IMG/VR virus record: IMGVR_UViG_3300028091_000011
Span: 1 to 54,054 of that record
Length of the DNA stretch: 54,054 nucleotides
Strand: one strand, 5' to 3'
From: a virus
Taxonomy: Duplodnaviria; Caudoviricetes
The notes beneath the pieces are model-generated. The model had not been told where the DNA came from. It did no database searches and saw only the letters and a program-made list of their open reading frames with translations. Made by a program: the position numbers and the translations under genes. Shown piece after piece: positions 46,972-54,054 of the stretch (positions are counted from its first letter, which is position 1; every line of letters begins with the position of its first letter).

Positions 46972-49230
46972 ATGGCAAACACCATTCGTATCAAGCGGCG
47001 TGGTTCTGGCATTGCTGGCGCACCAGCGTCTCTCGCAAGCGCAGAGTTGGCGTTCAACGAGATCGACAACACGCTCTACTACGGCAAGGGCGACAGTAGC
47101 GGAACCGCGACGAGCATCGCTGCCATCGGCGGTGACGGCGCGTTCGTCTCGCTGTCTGGCACGCAGACGATCAGCGGCAACAAGACCTTCTCTGGAACGG
47201 TATCGCTTGGCTCTTCGGCAACTGCGACTACGCCTGCAAGCAACAGCAACGACACCACCCTCGCGACGACTGCCTTCGTCACGACCAAGACCACGGGTTT
47301 CGGAAGCGGATCGGTGACCAGCGTTGGTCTGTCCTTGCCCGCCATGTTCTCGGTCACGGGTTCTCCCGTCACGACCAGCGGCACGCTCACGGCAAGCCTT
47401 GCTTCGCAGACCGCCAACTATGTGTTCATCGCTCCGAATGGAACGGCTGGCGCACCGACCTTCCGCGCACTCGTTGCAGCCGATCTTCCGTCCCTGACGG
47501 GAACCTACCTCGGTCTGTCTGCGGGCGGAACCGTCTCTGGAAACACGACCTTCAGCGGCACGGTCGCGCTTGGCGCATCGGCTACGGCGACCACCCCATC
47601 GACCATCGACAACAGCACGAAGGTCGCAACCACCGCGTATGTCCAGAATCAGGGCTTCCTCACTACAGCGGTGTCGAGCGTTGGGCTTTCGCTCCCCAAC
47701 ATCTTCACGGTGTCTGGCTCCCCAGTCACCCTGTCGGGAACGCTGACGGCTTCGCTGGCATCGCAGACGACCAACACCGTCTTCGCCGCGCCGAACGGCT
47801 CGACGGGCGCACCCACCTTCCGTTCGCTTGCTGCGGCTGACATCCCGACCCTGACTGCTGCGAAGATCAGCGACTTCGACACGCAAGTCCGCACCTCGCG
47901 TCTGGATCAGATGGCTGCGCCGACTGCAAGCGTGGCGTTCAACAGCCAGAAGATCACGGGTCTTGCCGATCCGACGAACGCGCAGGACGCGGCGACGAAG
48001 TTGTATGTCGATAACTCCCGTCTGGGAATCGACTTCAAGGACAGCGTTCGCGTTGCTACCACGGCGAACATCACGACCATCGCTGGCGGCGCACCGTCAA
48101 CCGTTGACGGAGTGAGCCTCGTGGCGAACGACCGAATCCTCGTCAAGAACCAGACGACCGCCTCGCAGAACGGCATCTACAAGGTCGATACGGTTGGAAC
48201 GGGAGCGAACGGCAGTTGGTCGCGAACGACCGATGCTGACGGCTCTCCCGCTGGCGAGTTGACCTCTGGTGCGTTCGTGTATGTCGAGGAAGGCACAGCC
48301 AACGCGCAGGATCAGTATGTCATCACGACTACTGGCACGATCACCGTTGGCACGACTGGCATCACATGGGGTCTGTTCTCTGGCGCGGGCAAGATCACCG
48401 CTGGTGCTGGTCTGTCGAAGACGAAGGACACCCTCGCGTTATCCCTTGCTGGAAGCAGCGGTCTTGAGACGACGAGCGGTCTTGCCCTGACCAACACGGG
48501 CGTTTCCGCTGGCTCTTATCAGAGCGTCACCGTCGATGCGAAGGGTCGAGTGACGGCTGGAACGAATCCGACCACCCTGTCTGGATACAACATCACGGAC
48601 GCGCAGTCCTCTGACCCGACCCTCACCGCTCTTGCAGGGGTCACGACCGCCGCCGACCAGATCATCTACGCGACTGGCTCCGACACCTTCACCACGACCG
48701 CGCTGACCTTGACGGCTCGTAGCCTCCTTGACGACACCTCGACCTCCGCGATGCGGACGACCCTTGGTGTGGCAATCGGCACGGATGTTCAGGCTTACGA
48801 TGCGACCCTCGCCGCCCTCGCTGGCGTGACGACCGCCGCAGACAAGTTGATCTACGCCAGCGGCGTGGACACCTTCCTGACGACCGACTTCACCTCGACC
48901 GCCCGCACCCTGCTGGACGACACCAGCACGAGCGCAATGCGGACGACCCTCGGCGTTGCCATCGGAACCGATGTGCAGGCGTACAACGCCGCCCTTGCCT
49001 CCATCGCTGGTCTGACCACGCTGGCGGACAGGATGATCTACACGACCGCCTCTAACACCTACGCGGTCACCACCCTGACCTCGTTCGGTCGAAGCCTTGT
49101 TGACGATGCGGACGCATCGACGGCACGCACGACCCTCGGTCTTGGAACGATGGCTACGCAGTCTGCAAGCAGCGTGAGCATCACGGGCGGCAGCATCGAC
49201 GGCATCACCATCGACGGCGGAACCTTCTGA
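46972..49230 (+). CDS. Tail fibre protein with internal repeats
   Basis: MANTIRIKR...ELAFNE, DAATK.YVD and VTVDAKGRVT fibre motifs, ending IDGGTF. Confidence 0.85.
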   Translation: MANTIRIKRRGSGIAGAPASLASAELAFNEIDNTLYYGKGDSSGTATSIAAIGGDGAFVSLSGTQTISGNKTFSGTVSLGSSATATTPASNSNDTTLATTAFVTTKTTGFGSGSVTSVGLSLPAMFSVTGSPVTTSGTLTASLASQTANYVFIAPNGTAGAPTFRALVAADLPSLTGTYLGLSAGGTVSGNTTFSGTVALGASATATTPSTIDNSTKVATTAYVQNQGFLTTAVSSVGLSLPNIFTVSGSPVTLSGTLTASLASQTTNTVFAAPNGSTGAPTFRSLAAADIPTLTAAKISDFDTQVRTSRLDQMAAPTASVAFNSQKITGLADPTNAQDAATKLYVDNSRLGIDFKDSVRVATTANITTIAGGAPSTVDGVSLVANDRILVKNQTTASQNGIYKVDTVGTGANGSWSRTTDADGSPAGELTSGAFVYVEEGTANAQDQYVITTTGTITVGTTGITWGLFSGAGKITAGAGLSKTKDTLALSLAGSSGLETTSGLALTNTGVSAGSYQSVTVDAKGRVTAGTNPTTLSGYNITDAQSSDPTLTALAGVTTAADQIIYATGSDTFTTTALTLTARSLLDDTSTSAMRTTLGVAIGTDVQAYDATLAALAGVTTAADKLIYASGVDTFLTTDFTSTARTLLDDTSTSAMRTTLGVAIGTDVQAYNAALASIAGLTTLADRMIYTTASNTYAVTTLTSFGRSLVDDADASTARTTLGLGTMATQSASSVSITGGSIDGITIDGGTF
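47173..47847 (+). repeat. Two ~120-aa repeats in the fibre
   Basis: SGN.TFSGTV...V.SVGLSLP..F.V.GSPVT.SGTLTASLASQT...GAPTFR.L.AAD occurs twice. Confidence 0.9.
48613..49146 (+). repeat. Three 62-aa (186-nt) repeats in the fibre
   Basis: Units start at 48613, 48799 and 48985: L.ALAG.TT.AD..IY...RTTLG. Confidence 0.9.
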
Positions 49231-49286
49231 TCTAGGCACTACACCCGATGAAGCCATCGGGTATAGTGCATTCTGGGATGTGATAC

Positions 49287-49946
49287 ATGGCGAACACCAT
49301 CATCCATAAGCGAAGCAGTACAGCATCAGCCGTCCCTACGGCGGGATCGTTGTCCTTGGGCGAGTTGGCGATCAACACCACGGACGGCAAGGTCTACTTG
49401 AAGAAGGGGGATGGCTCTGTTGTCGAGGTGAGCAGCAACAACAGCCACACGCACTCCGCCACGGACATCACGAGCGGAACCCTCGCCAACGCACGGACGA
49501 CCGCCGTATCCACAAACGATGCAAGCACCATCGTCCTGCGTGATGCCTCAAAGGGGTTCTCCTGCACTTCGATAAGTGGCGGCAACAATGGTCTCACGAT
49601 CTCTGGGTCGGTGAAGATTCTTGATTCCGCAGTCTTCTCCGCTGGCACATTGCGATCTGGCTACTACATCCAGTACGCGGACGGGAACATCCAGACCGTG
49701 ACTGGAACGACGACTGGAACGCAAGTCTCCTATGCAGTTCGCTATGACGGCATGAGTGGCTCTGCGACGACTGTGATCTTCACGAACGGTGGGCTGATGA
49801 GCGGCTCGACGGCGTTCTGGCATCCCACGATCCTGTTCCCCGGTGGAGTGAAGCCAACGCTGTCGAGCAGCGGCATTGATGTCATCACCTTCATCAACGA
49901 TGGGACAAACACCCTCGCCTTCGTCGGCGGATTGGCGTTCGCATGA
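49287..49946 (+). CDS. Fibre-like virion protein
   Basis: MANTIIHKRS...GELAINTTDGKVY anchor and C-terminal PTLS...IDVITF. Confidence 0.7.
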   Translation: MANTIIHKRSSTASAVPTAGSLSLGELAINTTDGKVYLKKGDGSVVEVSSNNSHTHSATDITSGTLANARTTAVSTNDASTIVLRDASKGFSCTSISGGNNGLTISGSVKILDSAVFSAGTLRSGYYIQYADGNIQTVTGTTTGTQVSYAVRYDGMSGSATTVIFTNGGLMSGSTAFWHPTILFPGGVKPTLSSSGIDVITFINDGTNTLAFVGGLAFA

Positions 49947-50692
49947 TCGGAGCCGCCTACATCGGAAGCCAGCGTGCGACATCTCGTGTCCTCCTGTCAA
50001 CGACTGACATCACGCTTACTGGCTCTCGTTCGTACACCGTTCCCGCAGGAGCCGTGTATGTCGAAGCCGATATGTACGGCGGCGGCGGTGGTGGTGCAGC
50101 AGGCAACTACATCGCTGGCAGCAAGGGAAATCCAGCGAACTACAAAGGTGGCGGCGGCGGTGGCGGTGGAGGTCGGACGGCGCATCGCTACTCGGGCAGC
50201 ATGACATCTGGTGATGCCATCAACTTCACCGTTGGCTCTGGAGGAGTCGCTGGAAGCGGCGGAGGTGATGGCGGTGACGGCGGTGCGACGACCATGAACA
50301 CGCACACCAGAAGCGCGACGACGATCACTACTTTCTCGCCTGCTCCAAGTGGCGGAGGTGGAGAGGGCGGTGGCGGATACATCACGATTGGAAGAACGGG
50401 TGCGGCTGGAGTGGCTGCAAACGGAAATATGTCGAACCAGAGCGGAAGTTCTGGAACCGCTGGTGGAAGCGGGACAACGGAGCAGAACGGCGGTAACGGC
50501 GGCAACCCGGGCAGCGGCGGCAACTACTCTGGAACTCAAACCAGAGGCAACGGCGGAGTCGCCTCAACCAGCACCGTTCCGACAGCAGGCACGCAACCCG
50601 GTGGTGGTGGCGGCGGTGGCTATTCCAAGACGACACCAGTCGCAGGAACGGTCGGCGGCGCGGGTCAGGTTCGCATCAAGGCATACGGATGA
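49943..50692 (+). CDS. Glycine-rich virion/fibre-associated protein
   Basis: YTVPAG....GGGGGG...VGSGG...G.G.V.I glycine-rich domain. Confidence 0.75.
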   Translation: MIGAAYIGSQRATSRVLLSTTDITLTGSRSYTVPAGAVYVEADMYGGGGGGAAGNYIAGSKGNPANYKGGGGGGGGGRTAHRYSGSMTSGDAINFTVGSGGVAGSGGGDGGDGGATTMNTHTRSATTITTFSPAPSGGGGEGGGGYITIGRTGAAGVAANGNMSNQSGSSGTAGGSGTTEQNGGNGGNPGSGGNYSGTQTRGNGGVASTSTVPTAGTQPGGGGGGGYSKTTPVAGTVGGAGQVRIKAYG

Positions 50693-50695
50693 ACT

Positions 50696-51580
50696 ATGGG
50701 AACTTCATACGACTTTTCTCTCAAGGACACGGAAGACGCAATGCCAGTCGATGCAGGCATCGACGGCTGGGATGCCGTAATCCAGATCAACAATGTCGTC
50801 AATCGACGCTACGCCGCCCAGACACCCCTGTCGCTCATCTCTCGTCAGATCGACTTCAGGGGCAACTACGACCGAGGAACTACTGCTGGTAATGTTGGTT
50901 TCACGCTTGATGCAGGAACAGTCTTCCCGTTGATTGACATGGGAGGGATCGGCTCGTCATCGAATGTGAAGAACCTCATCATCATCCCGACCATGATCGG
51001 GCTAATGGTTCATCCAGAGTCAACTGGAACAATGACCCTCCCCTTTACTGGGTTCATCGGCGTGCGTAACAACGGTACGGCTTCAACGCCATACGCACTT
51101 ACCAGCGCATTCTCGTTGGCTCCCCAAGCGGCGACATTGAACTCTACTACTATAGGTTCGTCTCTCGTTATGCCCAACATGGCTGGATCAGCAACCAACA
51201 ATGTTCCCCAGCCAACTGCGGCAACTGGCTCGGGCTTGGGATCATCGGTTAGCACGGTCGCCTTGAATGTTCCACCGACATCAGAGCCGCCAAAGGGCTA
51301 CTACTACCTATGCCCAGTCAATAGGCATTGGCTTGGTCATCAACTTGGTACTGCTGGTGGCGCACCGCTTCGTGGCTTCACGGCGTTGAACAGCATTAGT
51401 GGCAACACCGCGTTCATCCCAGATGCCAATGATCCATCCTATACCGCCGATGCAGATGTCGTTTACGCATCAAGCGTATCTGGATTGAACGAGATCGTTC
51501 TTGTCTGCGTGGGGACTTCAAACACGGCGCGATTCTCCATCATCGACCTCTATGGGATGGTCATTCCGACCACGGGCTAA
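50696..51580 (+). CDS. Hypothetical protein (probably structural)
   Basis: Ser/Thr/Gly/Asn-rich ORF at the end of the tail module. Confidence 0.7.
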   Translation: MGTSYDFSLKDTEDAMPVDAGIDGWDAVIQINNVVNRRYAAQTPLSLISRQIDFRGNYDRGTTAGNVGFTLDAGTVFPLIDMGGIGSSSNVKNLIIIPTMIGLMVHPESTGTMTLPFTGFIGVRNNGTASTPYALTSAFSLAPQAATLNSTTIGSSLVMPNMAGSATNNVPQPTAATGSGLGSSVSTVALNVPPTSEPPKGYYYLCPVNRHWLGHQLGTAGGAPLRGFTALNSISGNTAFIPDANDPSYTADADVVYASSVSGLNEIVLVCVGTSNTARFSIIDLYGMVIPTTG

Positions 51581-51813
51581 TGAGCGATCAACGCAGGACG
51601 CAGTTCGTGATCTTCAGGCTGACGGTCGAGCAGCAGCATTCGCTGCATTCGGCGGCGGCGCGGCGCGGAATCTCCGTCTCCGATGTCGTCCGCGATGCGC
51701 TTGACAACTATTCACAAGGTGGTAGGCTGGAGGGATGGAGTTCGACCTCTACCACGCATTCGTCTTCTGGCTCCCTTGGAGCCTCGGCATCCTCACGGCA
51801 ATCGCGGCAGTAG
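51580..51813 (+). CDS. Ribbon-helix-helix (CopG-like) DNA-binding protein
   Basis: VIFRLT.EQ...L..AA..RGISVSDVVRDAL, with a TAATG overlap. Confidence 0.7.
   Translation: MSDQRRTQFVIFRLTVEQQHSLHSAAARRGISVSDVVRDALDNYSQGGRLEGWSSTSTTHSSSGSLGASASSRQSRQ
51701..51728 (+). promoter_or_regulatory. Sigma70 promoter inside the RHH gene
   Basis: TTGACA-N16-TAGGCT with extended TG. Confidence 0.6.
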
Positions 51814-51848
51814 CCGTATTGGTGGGCAAGTGGACACGAAAGAACTGA
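51735..51848 (+). CDS. 37-aa single-TM peptide (not in ORF track)
   Basis: MEFDLYHAFVFWLPWSLGILTAIAAVAVLVGKWTRKN, with the ATG 6 nt after the -10. Confidence 0.55.
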   Translation: MEFDLYHAFVFWLPWSLGILTAIAAVAVLVGKWTRKN

Positions 51849-52312
51849 AGGGATTGTTCGGGACGGCTGAAGAGCGCAAGTCAATCGACTGGGCGGCTCT
51901 CAAGCAGCAGAACAAGCAACTCTGCGCCATCCATCCGCTTCTCGACCTGTCCGCGAAGGCGACGATCCCCGACAAGGAGACGATCATCGACCTGATGCGC
52001 GATGTCATGGACTACTGGTTTGACGAGCGCATTGAATGCAGCCGTTCGGACGGCAAGAAGATCGCCTTGCTGCCCATCAAGGGGTACTGGCGAATCGGTG
52101 CTGTTTCTGGTCGCGGTCTCTGCGCGGACAAGCCTGTGGTGTGCAACGAGAAGATGGTCGAGATGGTCTTCTGGTCGCGCGAGGCGGTCGAGTCCGACGA
52201 GGCTATGCGTGCTGTGATCCCAGAAGACCTGTTGGAGAACATCGAATGGTGGTTCGTGGGGATCGACCCGCTTGCTGCCGAAGAACATTCCGATCAGGAG
52301 ACCAATCAATGA
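51830..52312 (+). CDS. Hypothetical protein
   Basis: Protein-like from GTG 51830, and the stop overlaps the next ATG. Confidence 0.7.
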   Translation: MDTKELKGLFGTAEERKSIDWAALKQQNKQLCAIHPLLDLSAKATIPDKETIIDLMRDVMDYWFDERIECSRSDGKKIALLPIKGYWRIGAVSGRGLCADKPVVCNEKMVEMVFWSREAVESDEAMRAVIPEDLLENIEWWFVGIDPLAAEEHSDQETNQ

Positions 52313-52551
52313 GCGCAACTGAAATCGCCGTACTGTCGCTGGCTGCAAGCACGGTTGTCCTGTTTCTGATGCTGGTGTGGCAGAATCGCCGCCATGCCGA
52401 ATGCAAGACCGATGCGAGGTTCGATGAGATTCATCGTGAACTTGGCAAGGTCTGGGACGAGATGGACGAGAAGATCGAACGGCACGACCGCGACATCAGC
52501 GACAGGTTCGACGCGCTTGAGCGATCATTGGAAGCGAAGAGCAAGGGCTGA
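52309..52551 (+). CDS. Membrane-anchored coiled-coil protein
   Basis: AGGAG RBS, an N-terminal TM segment and a charged heptad region. Confidence 0.75.
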   Translation: MSATEIAVLSLAASTVVLFLMLVWQNRRHAECKTDARFDEIHRELGKVWDEMDEKIERHDRDISDRFDALERSLEAKSKG

Positions 52552-52554
52552 ATC

Positions 52555-52586
52555 AAAAGAGCCGCACGGCTTCAGCCGAGCGGCTC
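52555..52586 (-). terminator. Terminator between convergent genes
   Basis: GAGCCGC...GCGGCTC stem with an inner hairpin and a TTTT tail on the minus strand. Confidence 0.7.
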
Positions 52587-52611
52587 CGAGGAGAAAGATG
52601 GCTGTGCAGCG

Positions 52612-52809
52612 TTACGGGCGCGTTGCGATGTTCTGATTCGCGGCGGCGCGGGCGGCACGGCGTTCGGAGTTGTTGGTCTTCACGCGACCACCGCCTCCGC
52701 GACCTCCGCCGCCGACAAACACACCCGGGACGACTTCGATGGCTTGCTGCCGTCCTGCGCGATTCGATCCGAAACCCGGCGGGTCAACAAGTCTTCCAAA
52801 TCGGCTCAT
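52612..52809 (-). CDS. Gly/Arg-rich 65-aa peptide, paralog 2
   Basis: AAAGGAG upstream, and it shares MSRF...AANQNIATR with its neighbour. Confidence 0.8.
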   Translation of the reverse strand: MSRFGRLVDPPGFGSNRAGRQQAIEVVPGVFVGGGGRGGGGRVKTNNSERRAARAAANQNIATRP

Positions 52810-52823
52810 GTCCTGATTCTCCT

Positions 52824-53024
52824 TTAGCCACGAGTGGCGATGTTCTGGTTTGCAGCCTCACGAGCCAACCGCCGCTCGTTGGTCTTCGGGCGACCTCCCG
52901 TGATTCCTGCGCCACGGTCACGCGCGAACACGCCAAGGGGAAGGGCGGGCTTGTTGGGATTGGCGATGCCTCCGCCGCCGAAGCGGTCAGTACCAGCAAA
53001 GCCCGATGGATTGAATCGGCTCAT
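52824..53024 (-). CDS. Gly/Arg-rich 66-aa peptide, paralog 1
   Basis: TAGAAT lies 6 nt before the ATG, and it shows synonymous divergence from paralog 2. Confidence 0.8.
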   Translation of the reverse strand: MSRFNPSGFAGTDRFGGGGIANPNKPALPLGVFARDRGAGITGGRPKTNERRLAREAANQNIATRG

Positions 53025-53044
53025 GGCACGATTCTACCGCCTCG

Positions 53045-53473
53045 TCAGTAGGTTCGGGCATTCCACTCGCTTGGAACGCCGTTGATGAGCATGGACAGGT
53101 AGTGGGCTACGCGGCAGTCCTTGCCCCCGATGTTCCATTGGGTGACGCTTCCGACAGGAAGGTCTTGCTTCCAGTCGTAGATGGTGGCGACCCCCCTGAA
53201 CACCGCCCCGTCCTCCTCGTCTTCGGCGGCGTAGACCCTGATGTGCCACTCCGCCCTGACCTTGCCGTCCCCGTTGGCTTCGGTGTATCGGTAAGGTGCG
53301 CCGAAGAGTTCCACTAGCCGCGCGAACGGCGTTGTGATACAGCCCTGAAGGGAAGTCCCCTCCGTCCGCTCCATGAGGGAATCGGCGGCTCTCTGGCTGC
53401 TGTTGTGACTGGAGGCGGAGATGGTGAGACCGTCCGCCGAGAGTTCGATGTCGTCTGTTCCAGCGATGTTCAT
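53045..53473 (-). CDS. Conserved phage hypothetical protein
   Basis: GTSLQG...LFG.P....DGKV..EW...ATIYDWK...WNIGG, with an AAAGGA RBS. Confidence 0.8.
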   Translation of the reverse strand: MNIAGTDDIELSADGLTISASSHNSSQRAADSLMERTEGTSLQGCITTPFARLVELFGAPYRYTEANGDGKVRAEWHIRVYAAEDEEDGAVFRGVATIYDWKQDLPVGSVTQWNIGGKDCRVAHYLSMLINGVPSEWNARTY

Positions 53474-53484
53474 GGCTTGTCCTT

Positions 53485-53862
53485 TCAGTCGATGCGGGAG
53501 CCAGCGCACACCTCGTATCCAGCGTTCGACAGCGCGTCCGCCACGGCGTGGGCGTAAGCCTCCTTCATGGCGAGGCTCTGCCTGAAGTCGCTGATGTTGA
53601 CCCAGTAGCAGCGGTGGTACGAGGACACGGAGCCGATCCCGCTCTTCTTGAGGAAGGTGACGAGCGATCCACGGGCGGGACGAATCTCCAGCCACGCGAA
53701 CCCGCACACGCCATCGGGAACGATGTAGGAACCCTCGCGCCCGACCACGACCATCGGCTTGATGGTCTCGCGGACGCGGGCGACCGCCTCCAGCCCAGCG
53801 AGGTGGGCGATGTTCCAGTCGCGGGCGACTTCGCGGGCGGTCTTCTTCACGGCGATCTTCAT
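53485..53862 (-). CDS. Conserved phage hypothetical protein
   Basis: DGVCGFAW.....QS...KEAYA.A.A..L...G....SRID, with an AGGAG RBS. Confidence 0.8.
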   Translation of the reverse strand: MKIAVKKTAREVARDWNIAHLAGLEAVARVRETIKPMVVVGREGSYIVPDGVCGFAWLEIRPARGSLVTFLKKSGIGSVSSYHRCYWVNISDFRQSLAMKEAYAHAVADALSNAGYEVCAGSRID

Positions 53863-53915
53863 GGCTCGTCTCCTGTTCTTGCGTTCCGCCAGTCCCCTTG
53901 ACCAGCGATGCGACG

Positions 53916-53944
53916 ATCCTAGCGCAAGCATTGACCGCTGTCAA
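53916..53944 (-). promoter_or_regulatory. Leftward sigma70 early promoter
   Basis: TTGACA-N17-TAGGAT. Confidence 0.75.
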
Positions 53945-54032
53945 TGGCTTGGGGAGGGAAATCCGAGAAATCTATTCCGACGAGGGAACCGATAACGGGA
54001 TGGAAAAAACTTGTGGAAATCATCCGATTCAC

Positions 54033-54052
54033 CCGATACACCACTTGACAGG
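54033..54052 (+). promoter_or_regulatory. Upstream/-35 part of a rightward early promoter (truncated)
   Basis: CCGATACACCACTTGACAGG is identical to 11619-11638. Confidence 0.7.
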
Positions 54053-54054
54053 TA

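Larger units (their letters stand above)
1..54054. mobile_element. Tailed dsDNA bacteriophage (Caudoviricetes, long non-contractile tail), partial genome
   Basis: Portal, HK97-type protease and capsid, neck, tail tube, tape measure, tail tip and fibre genes occur in canonical order. There is no sheath gene and no host housekeeping gene. Confidence 0.97.

Noticed and set aside
46972-49230. Fibre repeats as a DGR template/variable pair or CRISPR array
   Set aside because: The repeats are in-frame protein repeats with mixed synonymous changes rather than A-specific ones. There is no reverse transcriptase and no repeat-spacer pattern.
54033-54052. 20-bp repeat as a terminal repeat or att site
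   Set aside because: Its partner is internal (11619), both copies coincide with a -35 element, and there is no integrase in the window.
1-54054. Stop-codon reassignment
   Set aside because: Genes are full length under code 11, and TAG, TGA and TAA all terminate real genes.

Overview
This window is a partial genome of a GC-rich tailed dsDNA phage of siphovirus type, using standard code 11. Both ends are truncated, and no terminase, polymerase/primase, integrase or endolysin is recognisable. The left part (1-13.3 kb) is an early/replication-recombination region. A leftward operon encodes DUF932, an ERF annealase, a ParB-like protein, an SF2 helicase, an N4/N6 DNA methyltransferase and a DUF6378-like protein. 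Divergent rightward genes encode an HExxH protein, an HTH protein, a YqaJ exonuclease, a metallophosphoesterase and an SSB-like protein, driven by near-consensus sigma70 promoters. From 13.7 to 51.6 kb lie a membrane/lysis cassette, a portal-MuF fusion, a 1237-aa multidomain prohead protease, a lethal-factor-like metallopeptidase, the HK97-fold capsid and neck genes. These are followed by four paralogous tail tube genes (A-B-A'-B'), a 2063-aa tape measure, a GTA-like tail tip with a very Cys-rich domain, and tail fibres. The right end holds small genes and a second divergent early-promoter pair. The most unusual signals are: (1) the four-paralog tail tube array; (2) a ~350-nt highly structured, pseudoknot-capable element between erf and the ParB gene; (3) a shared GAGACGAGC translation-start motif on three early genes whose exact complement is displayed in a 3'-UTR hairpin; (4) two tandem Gly/Arg-rich peptide paralogs under purifying selection; (5) a u-spanin-topology lipoprotein with no endolysin nearby; and (6) strong avoidance of short palindromes. 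All family assignments come from reading motifs by eye, not from database searches.
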